From a candidate division WWE3 bacterium (GTDB taxonomy: Bacteria; Patescibacteriota; WWE3; UBA101185; UBA10185): a stretch of DNA of 64,000 nt. Shown in pieces: positions 56,475 to 64,000 of the stretch. The position numbers were made by a program, and so were the translations under genes. The stretch spans positions 535,590 to 599,589 of the forward strand of contig WJKK01000001.1 of the NCBI GenBank assembly GCA_014729135.1, given 5' to 3'. The notes below the pieces were generated by a model, which ran no database searches, was not told the origin of the DNA, and worked only from the letters and a program-made list of their open reading frames with translations. The stretch's first letter is position 1; each line of letters begins with the position of its first letter.

Positions 56475-58571
56475 ATGGATAAGCAGATTTTAGAAAACGA
56501 AAAAAAGCATTTGGCAGAGGTTTTAGAAATTGTTAAAGAGGCTAAAAAGGACATGGAAGAAAGCCTCAAGTCTCTGGGAGCAGAAACAGTGGATAAGCTT
56601 GAAGAGCTTAGAGACAATCCGGAGACAAATGCAATGGACTTCTTTTTGTTTTTGGAGCAGATTCACCAAAAGCATGAGGCATTTAATTTAAAGGATCGTT
56701 ATAAAAGAATTGAAGAATTAAAGTTTTCCCTGGATGAGCCTTATTTTGCTCGAATTGACCTTCAAAAGCAAGATTTATCTCAGGAAGTTACGGAAATAAC
56801 TGGTGGAGATCCTGAAGGGGACGCTCAACCAAAAACCCGCAAAGTTTACATAGGAAAATTTGGTTTTACAGATGAACACACTCCCGTAATTACCGACTGG
56901 CGCACAAAAATAGCTTCAGTTTATTATCGCTATAGATATCCGCAAAAAGATGTCCATTATGAAACTCCCGAAGGTACAAAAACTCGGGACCTTTTACTAA
57001 AGCGCACTTTTGATATAGAAGAAGGGGAGCTTAACAAATACTACAATAACGACATTCAACTGGATGAGAGTGAGATTATAGTGGAAAAGATTGAATCCCG
57101 TACCGGAGGCGTCCTGGAAGATATAGTCGAGACAATTCAGGAGGCGCAGCTGGATATTATTGAGGAAGATCCAAGAACTCCCTGTGTTGTTCAAGGATGT
57201 GTTGGTAGCGGAAAAAGTACGGTAGCCATTCACCGCCTCTCACACATCTTTTTTAATTACAAAGAGCTAATTAAGCCCGAACGTTCCATTTTAATTGCAA
57301 ATAAGCAGATTCTGGTTAGCTATTTGGCAACACTTTTTCCTAAACTTGGAATTTTTGATATTAACTACAAGACTTTAAGTGATTTAGTTTATAATTTCAT
57401 ATTTCGAGAGGAGCTTGGTTTGGAGGTGGATTTTTCGTTACCTTTGAAGGGGGATTTGCTGGCTCTTGAAACTTTAGAAAAAGCACGTAGTCTTATTTTA
57501 GAAATTGAGGAAGACTATAAAACTAAAATGGAAGCTGTTTTTAAAGGCGAACATGAATCCTTTGGAGGATATGCTTACGATCCTGAAGTTTCTCCCTATG
57601 AAAATCTGCAATATGTAGTTACGGAGCTTTCAGAGGAACTTAAAACCCAAAAGGAGCTGCTTAAAGAAAATCCCAATTCGCCAAGATTATGGCTTTACAA
57701 GCTTAACGTTTCCGCTTTAAAAAAGATCCTAAAAAAACTAAACACGCTTAAACATGATTTAAAGAAAAAAGATCTAAAGGCTCTGTTAAAAAAACTAGGC
57801 CTAAATCCCAATAATAAGTTGGATTATGCTTCAACGCTTTTGTATGTTTACGCATATAGTCGCCTAATTGGCTTTGCAAACACACGTCGCTATCATTACT
57901 GTGTTGTTGATGAGGGTCAGGATTTTAGTCCGTTGGAGTATGCAGTTTTGGATACGTTTATTTTGCATAAGCGTTTTTGTATTCTTGGCGATCTAAATCA
58001 AGGTTACACAAAGCACGGCTTAAAGGATTGGCAGCAGTTGGAAGAGGTTTTTCAGACTGACGATCTTAAGGAGTTTAAGCTTAAGACAAACTATCGAAGT
58101 ACAAAACCAATTATTGACTTGGCTAATAAGATCTTAAAGCCTTTTACATCCGATTACCTACCGCAATCTATAAACCGTCGGGGGGAGGAGCCTTCCTTAC
58201 AAAGTTTTAAACGTACAGAGGACATGTACGATAAGGTTGAGGCCGATTTAAAAGGAGATATCAAGTCTTTGAAGAAAAGTATTGGTGTAATTTGCTATCA
58301 TGATAAGGACTTTGAACAAATGCAGGAGGTTTTGGGAAGACTCCCTCTGGAGGACGAGCGTAAAACTGTTTTAGCTTCCGACAAAAGAATTGATTATAAG
58401 CCAAAAAGTGTTTATTTGACGAAATTTGGAAACTGTAAGGGCCTGGAATTTGCTAAGGTATATATAGTGGGTCGTAATCCTTTGGATAATACGACGTTTG
58501 CAGAAGCTAAGCGTTCTTTTGTGGGCGTTACTCGTGCTATGGATAAGGTTTCAGCTTATTATGTTGACTAG
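56475..58571 (+). CDS. UvrD-like SF1 helicase, HelD (helicase IV)-like
   Basis: N-terminal coiled-coil region, Walker A GCVGSGKST, HYCVVDEGQDFS (motif II), and a C-terminal SF1 region. Confidence 0.6.
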   Translation: MDKQILENEKKHLAEVLEIVKEAKKDMEESLKSLGAETVDKLEELRDNPETNAMDFFLFLEQIHQKHEAFNLKDRYKRIEELKFSLDEPYFARIDLQKQDLSQEVTEITGGDPEGDAQPKTRKVYIGKFGFTDEHTPVITDWRTKIASVYYRYRYPQKDVHYETPEGTKTRDLLLKRTFDIEEGELNKYYNNDIQLDESEIIVEKIESRTGGVLEDIVETIQEAQLDIIEEDPRTPCVVQGCVGSGKSTVAIHRLSHIFFNYKELIKPERSILIANKQILVSYLATLFPKLGIFDINYKTLSDLVYNFIFREELGLEVDFSLPLKGDLLALETLEKARSLILEIEEDYKTKMEAVFKGEHESFGGYAYDPEVSPYENLQYVVTELSEELKTQKELLKENPNSPRLWLYKLNVSALKKILKKLNTLKHDLKKKDLKALLKKLGLNPNNKLDYASTLLYVYAYSRLIGFANTRRYHYCVVDEGQDFSPLEYAVLDTFILHKRFCILGDLNQGYTKHGLKDWQQLEEVFQTDDLKEFKLKTNYRSTKPIIDLANKILKPFTSDYLPQSINRRGEEPSLQSFKRTEDMYDKVEADLKGDIKSLKKSIGVICYHDKDFEQMQEVLGRLPLEDERKTVLASDKRIDYKPKSVYLTKFGNCKGLEFAKVYIVGRNPLDNTTFAEAKRSFVGVTRAMDKVSAYYVD

Positions 58572-58619
58572 TTTTTTTAACAGCATTTGGAAATTTTGTA
58601 GGCTTTACTAGAAAAGAAA

Positions 58620-60173
58620 ATGACAAAAGTTATTAAATATGTAAAAGAAAATATTTACGTTTTGATTTTAGGATTCATTACGCTTTGGCTTCGTTTGGTG
58701 AATTTGGGTTATTCCGATTACCAAGGGGACGAGATTAAGGCTATGTTTTTACCGGAGGAGGGTCAGTCTGTTGCTGAATTTTTGTTAACTCAGCGTAAGG
58801 GTCCTGTTCAGTTTATAATCACTTTTTTGCTAAAGCTGGTCGACCCCACTTATGATCATCGTTTCCTCATGCGTTTGCCCTTTGCTATAGCAGGCGTTTT
58901 AGCAGTATTTTCCTTTTATAAGCTTATTCGGCAGTACTTTTCCAGGAAGATCGCCTTTTTCTCCGCTTTCTTTTTAGCTACAAACGGATTTTTTGTCGCC
59001 TTTTCCCGCATAATTCAATATCAATCCTTTGTAATCATGTTTATGATTTTGGCTCTGTACTTTTTTACCTTGGCCTTTAAAAAGGAGTCATGGAAAATCA
59101 AGGGTCTTTATTTAGGATTTCTAGCCTGGTCACTTTCAATTTTGTCCCATTACGACGGGGTTTTTATTGGGCCTTTTGTCTTATACACTTTTTATCGCTG
59201 GATTAAAACTTACGAAATTAAGACCATGGGTCAATTCCTAAAAGCTTTTATCTTGCCCTCCCTAATGTTTACACTTCTTCTTTGTGCTTTTTACATTCCC
59301 TTTATTTTAGAGCTTTCTAAGTCAACATTAAGTTACTGGAAAGGTCGTATTGAAGGAACGGGGGGCAAGATCTCCAGTTCTAAATACCTTTTCACTGTTT
59401 ATCAGCCTATCTATGTAATTCACATCTACTTTGCACTTGCGGTTTTGGGAGCCCTGCGCATCCTTTGGAAGCTATTTATTCACTTTAAAAATAAAAACTG
59501 GGATCGCATGTTTTTATACTTTTCCTTAGGCGTTTGGTTTGTTTGTGCCATCACCTTCATGGAGTTTTTTGTGAACATCCCCGGCACGCATATTTATACC
59601 TATTTAATAAGCCTTTTCTGGATTTTAGGCATGGGCGTTATGTTTATTTATGAGCTTATGAAAATGATTTTTAGTAAGATTGCTTTTTCGGATGTTTTGT
59701 TTTGGCTTGGCACCGGAGTAGTTTTTCTGTTTATTTTTGCTCAATCTCATCAGATTTTTGTTGAACATGGCACTGAGTATCCTTGGAGAAGTGAGAAGTT
59801 TTTTGTATGGGAGTTTCCACGTCCAACTCCTATTTTTCATTTAAGCATTTTCGGATTTCCTTATTATCGCCACTGGGATGAAATTGGCGAGTTTGTAACA
59901 AATTCTGAAAACAACGGTTATTACTCCACAAATGAAAGAAAAAGTATTGCGCGCTATCACATTCCTTTTGATAAGGACACAGAAGAGGCGGGTCACTTTG
60001 TTTACATTAGAAATCCGCAAAGTTTTACTAATAAGATTATTTATGAAAAGGCTGATTATTGGGCTAAGCATTATCCGCCTGTGTTAAGCTTTTTTAAGAA
60101 TGGAGAGCCGGTTGTGAAGGTTTTTTATATGCCTAAGGGAAGTCTGGAAGAAATTCAGGAGCAGGGTTTTTAG
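58620..60173 (+). CDS. GT39/PMT_2-family membrane glycosyltransferase (second paralogue)
   Basis: Polytopic protein with an early-loop GDEIKA DE motif, similar in architecture to the 47068..48552 product. Confidence 0.5.
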   Translation: MTKVIKYVKENIYVLILGFITLWLRLVNLGYSDYQGDEIKAMFLPEEGQSVAEFLLTQRKGPVQFIITFLLKLVDPTYDHRFLMRLPFAIAGVLAVFSFYKLIRQYFSRKIAFFSAFFLATNGFFVAFSRIIQYQSFVIMFMILALYFFTLAFKKESWKIKGLYLGFLAWSLSILSHYDGVFIGPFVLYTFYRWIKTYEIKTMGQFLKAFILPSLMFTLLLCAFYIPFILELSKSTLSYWKGRIEGTGGKISSSKYLFTVYQPIYVIHIYFALAVLGALRILWKLFIHFKNKNWDRMFLYFSLGVWFVCAITFMEFFVNIPGTHIYTYLISLFWILGMGVMFIYELMKMIFSKIAFSDVLFWLGTGVVFLFIFAQSHQIFVEHGTEYPWRSEKFFVWEFPRPTPIFHLSIFGFPYYRHWDEIGEFVTNSENNGYYSTNERKSIARYHIPFDKDTEEAGHFVYIRNPQSFTNKIIYEKADYWAKHYPPVLSFFKNGEPVVKVFYMPKGSLEEIQEQGF

Positions 60174-60179
60174 CCTTTT

Positions 60180-60728
60180 ATGCAAGTTTTACTGCCCGAG
60201 GTTTATTACAAAGTTTTAATTTTAATTTCAGGTTTTGGGTCTAATGTTCCTGTGCTTATAGGGAGTATTTTATTTGCTTCGCTTGTCCTATTTTTTCTTA
60301 AATTTCGGCGAGAAGGTTTGCTAATTTTGCTAACTCCTTTAAGTTATTTTTATTCGCTTTTGTTAAAGGATGTTTTCAAGGTAGCGCGTCCTTTTGGAGG
60401 TCCCGATATACATGTTCGTTTTGCTCCTGATATTTACGGCTTTCCAAGTTCCCACGTTATTATTTACACGGTGTTTTTTGGATATCTTTTGTATTTGACT
60501 TTTTCTTTAAAGGAGAATTTCAATAAAGTTTTACTTTGGTTACTTCGGTTTATATTTATTTTCTTTTTATTGGGAGTAGGCTTATCCCGCTATGAGCTTT
60601 TATATCACTCAATTTGGGATGTTCTAGGAGGTTATTTTTTTGGAGCCATTTATCTCTTTTCGCTTGTTTATTTTTCTAAACCCTCAAAAAAGGGAGGAAA
60701 AACTTACCAAAAATCAGCACCAAAATAA
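60180..60728 (+). CDS. PAP2-family lipid phosphatase (undecaprenyl-diphosphatase-like)
   Basis: KDVFKVARP, PSSH and SRYELLYHSIWD correspond to the three PAP2 motifs KxxxxxxRP / PSGH / SRxxxxxHxxxD. Confidence 0.6.
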   Translation: MQVLLPEVYYKVLILISGFGSNVPVLIGSILFASLVLFFLKFRREGLLILLTPLSYFYSLLLKDVFKVARPFGGPDIHVRFAPDIYGFPSSHVIIYTVFFGYLLYLTFSLKENFNKVLLWLLRFIFIFFLLGVGLSRYELLYHSIWDVLGGYFFGAIYLFSLVYFSKPSKKGGKTYQKSAPK

Positions 60729-61137
60729 TCAAGCTTGTTAGCGCCATAATCAAAACAAAACCCGCTGAAACATCCTTAATAACACGCGCACCGTCATCCT
60801 TGTGAGGAATAAGATTATCTATAAATTCCTCCACAACCGTATTAACCAACTCCGCAAACAGCAGAAGACCCATTGTAAGCGTCAAAAGACCCCACTCCGT
60901 TGAAGAAATGCGAAAATACCACCCCAAAACAATTGAAATAACAACAATAGAAACCTGAATTCTAAAATTCGGCTCATTTAAAAGCGCATGCAAAACTCCA
61001 CTGAAAGCATATCTAAAACTTTTGGCTCTACGACGAGGATGATGCGACTTTATAACATCTCTAATTTTCAAGCCCAACAAATTAAGATCCTTCTTAACCT
61101 CCTTGTCAAGCTGATCCTCATTAATAAGATTCACCAT
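60676..61137 (-). CDS. dgkA: DgkA-family diacylglycerol/undecaprenol kinase
   Basis: About 150 aa with three TM helices and a conserved N-terminal FRYAFSGVLHALLNEPNFRIQ block. Its 3' end overlaps the convergent PAP2 gene. Confidence 0.6.
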   Translation of the reverse strand: MVNLINEDQLDKEVKKDLNLLGLKIRDVIKSHHPRRRAKSFRYAFSGVLHALLNEPNFRIQVSIVVISIVLGWYFRISSTEWGLLTLTMGLLLFAELVNTVVEEFIDNLIPHKDDGARVIKDVSAGFVLIMALTSLIILVLIFGKFFLPFLRV

Positions 61138-61198
61138 ACTGTCTATGATACACTAACTTGTTGTATAATCGAACTGTTACAACAGTTGTTGCAAAATC

Positions 61199-62266
61199 AT
61201 GAAAAAAGTCTGGAACGTTGGCAAATACTTTTTAATATTGGGCGTAGGAATAGCCTTAGCTCGCTTTGTGTTTTTTAGAAATTCGGTAAAGTTAGTTTCA
61301 GTGCGAACTATTTCTTCCGAAACTCGCAAAGTAAAACAAACAATTTCTGCAAGTGGTGAGGTTATGGCAGAAAAATCAGCTACTTTATCCTTTCCCTTAG
61401 CCGGAACGCTTGCCTCATTAGATGTAGCTGAGGGCGACTCTGTAACTAAAGGAGCCACTATTGCTTCGGTTTCATCTGCTGACGCTTACTATTCTGTTGA
61501 AGCAGCTCGCGATACTTTTGATGCAGCAAAAAGAGACATTGACCTTTACATAGAAAATTACGACACAAATCCTGATGCAGTTGGTGGTAGAGATGAATAT
61601 GAAATTCAACTTCGTAAATATCGCGAACTTGCTGACAAGGCGGAGGCTACTTACAAGTCAACGCAACAGTCCTATTACAAAAACTTTTTAACGGCTCCTT
61701 TTGAGGGCGTGGTGATAAAAACCTATATTGAAGAAGGCGAAACTGTAAGTGTGGCAACTCCCGTGGTAAAAATTGCCGATCCTAAGGATTTATATTTTGA
61801 AATTACAGTTGATCAGGAGGACTTTGGCAAGATTTCTTTAGGCCAAGAAGTGGAAATTGAGCTGGATGCTTATGAGGATAGCGTTTTTGCAGGAGAGGTT
61901 TCTAAGCTTCCTGCTTATGCTAATGGGGGAGATACTCCTTCTTTTACGGTGGAGATTAAATTTGCCGAAAGCGCTACTCCCAAAGTTTTACTTGGTATGA
62001 CAGGAGATGCTGAAATAACAGTTGCATCTACTTCGGATCCGGTTTCGGCACTTTTATATGATGAGGTGTTTTACGATGCCAACGATAAGGCTTACGTATG
62101 GACGGTTAACGATTTGGGTAATTTAAAACGGGATTATGTAGAGGTTGGTCTTGAAGGAGATTTATATACTGAAATTAAGTCTGATTTACCTGAAACTTTA
62201 GTGATTCCCTTGGAGGATGACGCTGAAATTGAAGAAGGTTTTAAAGCAAAAATTACAAATGAGTAA
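61199..62266 (+). CDS. Efflux periplasmic adaptor (HlyD/MacA-like membrane fusion protein)
   Basis: N-terminal TM anchor, a lipoyl/beta-barrel-like region, and its genomic context upstream of the MacB-like ABC genes. Confidence 0.6.
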   Translation: MKKVWNVGKYFLILGVGIALARFVFFRNSVKLVSVRTISSETRKVKQTISASGEVMAEKSATLSFPLAGTLASLDVAEGDSVTKGATIASVSSADAYYSVEAARDTFDAAKRDIDLYIENYDTNPDAVGGRDEYEIQLRKYRELADKAEATYKSTQQSYYKNFLTAPFEGVVIKTYIEEGETVSVATPVVKIADPKDLYFEITVDQEDFGKISLGQEVEIELDAYEDSVFAGEVSKLPAYANGGDTPSFTVEIKFAESATPKVLLGMTGDAEITVASTSDPVSALLYDEVFYDANDKAYVWTVNDLGNLKRDYVEVGLEGDLYTEIKSDLPETLVIPLEDDAEIEEGFKAKITNE

Positions 62267-62981
62267 AGGGGAGGCTTTTGATATGGACTCAAATTCTGCT
62301 AATTCTACCAGCACACCTGTTCTAGAAGGTATTGGTCTAACTAAAGTTTACGACATGGGGGAGGTTAAGATTCGCGCGCTTAAAGGAGTTGATATTCAAA
62401 TTCTCCCCGGAGATTTTACAACAATTGTAGGCAAGTCAGGCTCCGGAAAAAGCACACTAATGCACATCATGGGGCTTTTGGACACTCCAACGGAAGGGCA
62501 AGTAGTTTTGCATGGCAAGGACACCACGCAATATTCTTCGGCAGAACTGGCACGTGTTAGAAATAAAGAAATAGGTTTTGTTTTTCAGTCGTTTAACTTG
62601 TTGGCAAGAACCTCTACTTTAGATAATGTCATCTTACCCCTGAAATATAGCAACACACCAAAAGCACAATGGGAAAAGAAAGCAACAGATGTTTTAAAAC
62701 GTGTAGGGCTTGGTGATCGTTTGCAAAACAAGTCTAATGAGCTTTCGGGTGGTCAAAAGCAGCGAGTGGCAATTGCTAGGGCTTTAGTAAATGATCCGGC
62801 TATAATACTAGCGGATGAGCCTACAGGAAACCTGGACTCAAAAACAGGGGAGTCAATTGAGCAGCTTCTTATAGATTTAAATAAGGAGGGTAAAACCATC
62901 ATTATTGTCACACATGATGAGGATTTGGCTCGCATAACGCCTAAAAAGGTGACTCTTCATGATGGCCTGATTGTTTCATGA
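62217..62981 (+). CDS. ABC transporter ATP-binding protein, MacB/LolD-like
   Basis: Walker A GKSGSGKST, signature LSGGQKQRVAIARAL, and Walker B ILADEPT. Confidence 0.85.
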   Translation: MTLKLKKVLKQKLQMSKGEAFDMDSNSANSTSTPVLEGIGLTKVYDMGEVKIRALKGVDIQILPGDFTTIVGKSGSGKSTLMHIMGLLDTPTEGQVVLHGKDTTQYSSAELARVRNKEIGFVFQSFNLLARTSTLDNVILPLKYSNTPKAQWEKKATDVLKRVGLGDRLQNKSNELSGGQKQRVAIARALVNDPAIILADEPTGNLDSKTGESIEQLLIDLNKEGKTIIIVTHDEDLARITPKKVTLHDGLIVS

Positions 62982-64000
62982 ATATTCCCGAAGCTTTTAG
63001 ATCTGCTTTAAGATCCTTATTTTCCAATAAGATTCGCACTTTCTTAACAATGCTAGGGGTCATAATTGGCGTTTTTGCTGTAGTTGCTTTGGTGTCTTTG
63101 GTAGAAGGTATAGAAAACTACATAGTGGATCGCTTTAATGCCATAGGATCCAATTTAATCATTGTTGCTCCGGGAAATGCCGGCTTTGCTCAAGATCCCG
63201 CAATATCTTTTACCAAAAAAACGCTGGAGGAAAAGCATGTTGATTTATTGCGTAAAGAGTTGGGTGGCTTGGTGCCGGGCGTAACTCCTTCTATTAGGCT
63301 AATTAAAAAGGCCTCTTATCGTGCTGAAACTCATCCAGCAATTATTACGGCAGCAAATTGGGAAGCTGCTGATTTATTTAGCGTGGACATAGTTGAAGGG
63401 CGTTTCTACACTAAAGCGGAGGTAATTAACAAGGATTATGTGGTTTTGCTAGCTCCAGCTGTAAAAGAAGATTTATTTGGAGATGCCGATGCGCTTGGTA
63501 AAAAGGTTAAAATAGGCTCTAAGCAGTTTACGGTTATCGGGCTAACGGGAAATGAGAGTGGTCAATCTAATGAGCGGGCTTTTATGCCTTACACAACAGC
63601 TCAAGAGGTTTTTGATGTGGATTCAATTACCAATATTTTAACTAAAGCTAAAAGTCCCGATACTATTGATCAGGTGGCTACTGAAATTGAGCATATCTTA
63701 GTTCAAGAGCTTGATCCCAATGACTTTACGGTTATTTCCCAAAGTGACATTTTAGCTTCTATTGGCGATATTTTAGATGTTTTATCCATAGTTTTGGTTG
63801 CTATAGCGGGAATCTCTTTGGTGGTTGGCGGTATAGGAATTATGAATATTATGCTTGTTACGGTTAATGAGAGGATTCGTGAGATAGGTCTGCGAAAGGC
63901 TTTGGGAGCTACACGCATTGATATTGCCGGTCAGTTTTTTATTGAATCCGTTTTAATCAGCCTCATTGGAGGGCTTTTTGGCCTTTTAGTTTCGTGGTTT
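62978..64000 (+). CDS. ABC transporter permease (MacB/FtsX-like), 3'-truncated by the window end
   Basis: The ATG overlaps the upstream stop (ATGA). N-terminal TM helix, then a large periplasmic domain. The open frame continues to the window edge. Confidence 0.55.
   Translation, partial: MNIPEAFRSALRSLFSNKIRTFLTMLGVIIGVFAVVALVSLVEGIENYIVDRFNAIGSNLIIVAPGNAGFAQDPAISFTKKTLEEKHVDLLRKELGGLVPGVTPSIRLIKKASYRAETHPAIITAANWEAADLFSVDIVEGRFYTKAEVINKDYVVLLAPAVKEDLFGDADALGKKVKIGSKQFTVIGLTGNESGQSNERAFMPYTTAQEVFDVDSITNILTKAKSPDTIDQVATEIEHILVQELDPNDFTVISQSDILASIGDILDVLSIVLVAIAGISLVVGGIGIMNIMLVTVNERIREIGLRKALGATRIDIAGQFFIESVLISLIGGLFGLLVSWF

Overview
The window is a low-GC (roughly 40% by eye) bacterial chromosomal segment that is gene-dense and dominated by housekeeping genes. 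These include type-2 IleRS, LeuRS, the gatCAB operon, a PolA that lacks the 5' nuclease domain, PolX, a ClpC-like ATPase, a class II B12-dependent RNR with a PduO/MMAB-type adenosyltransferase, rplS, rpmG, rsmI, a HelD-like helicase, FtsW/RodA and GalU. There is also an envelope-glycan cluster (GH18-like, GH clan A, Wzx-like flippase, O-antigen-ligase-like, two GT39/PMT_2 paralogues, PAP2, DgkA) and a MacAB-like efflux operon at the 3' end. I infer a reduced-genome lineage, possibly CPR/Patescibacteria-like, from this gene set; it is not proven. Six tRNA genes are visible: Thr-CGU, Gly-CCC, Asp-GUC, Lys-UUU, Glu-UUC, and His-GUG with an encoded G-1. I found no rRNA, CRISPR array, integrase or transposase. 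The main non-housekeeping signal is a roughly 9.4 kb composite island placed exactly at the 3' CCA end of tRNA-His (36454..45868). It is bounded and subdivided by nested direct repeats, including an exact 10-nt copy of the tRNA-His 3' end at its distal edge. The island carries a single-polypeptide ABC-ATPase plus TOPRIM-like protein (OLD-family / GajA-like / fused PARIS-like candidate defense gene) with a small membrane partner. It also carries a hyper-acidic 428-aa protein, three tandem HExxH zincin-like proteins, an XRE regulator and a GC-rich orphan receiver-domain gene; an ImmA/IrrE-like peptidase gene (46154..46684) lies just beyond the island's distal edge. A family of modular hairpin-forming repeat units is attached to tRNA 3' flanks throughout the window: the tRNA-Thr/Gly spacer, the tRNA-Lys, tRNA-Glu and tRNA-His flanks, 45.9 kb, and the window start. 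At tRNA-Lys the 15-nt tRNA 3' terminus is duplicated. Other oddities are a HEPN-motif ORF wedged between gatA and gatB, three phased perfect palindromes upstream of polA, and a 30-aa glycine-zipper peptide ORF. All functional calls rest on motif recognition by eye in the translated ORFs; no database searches were run.
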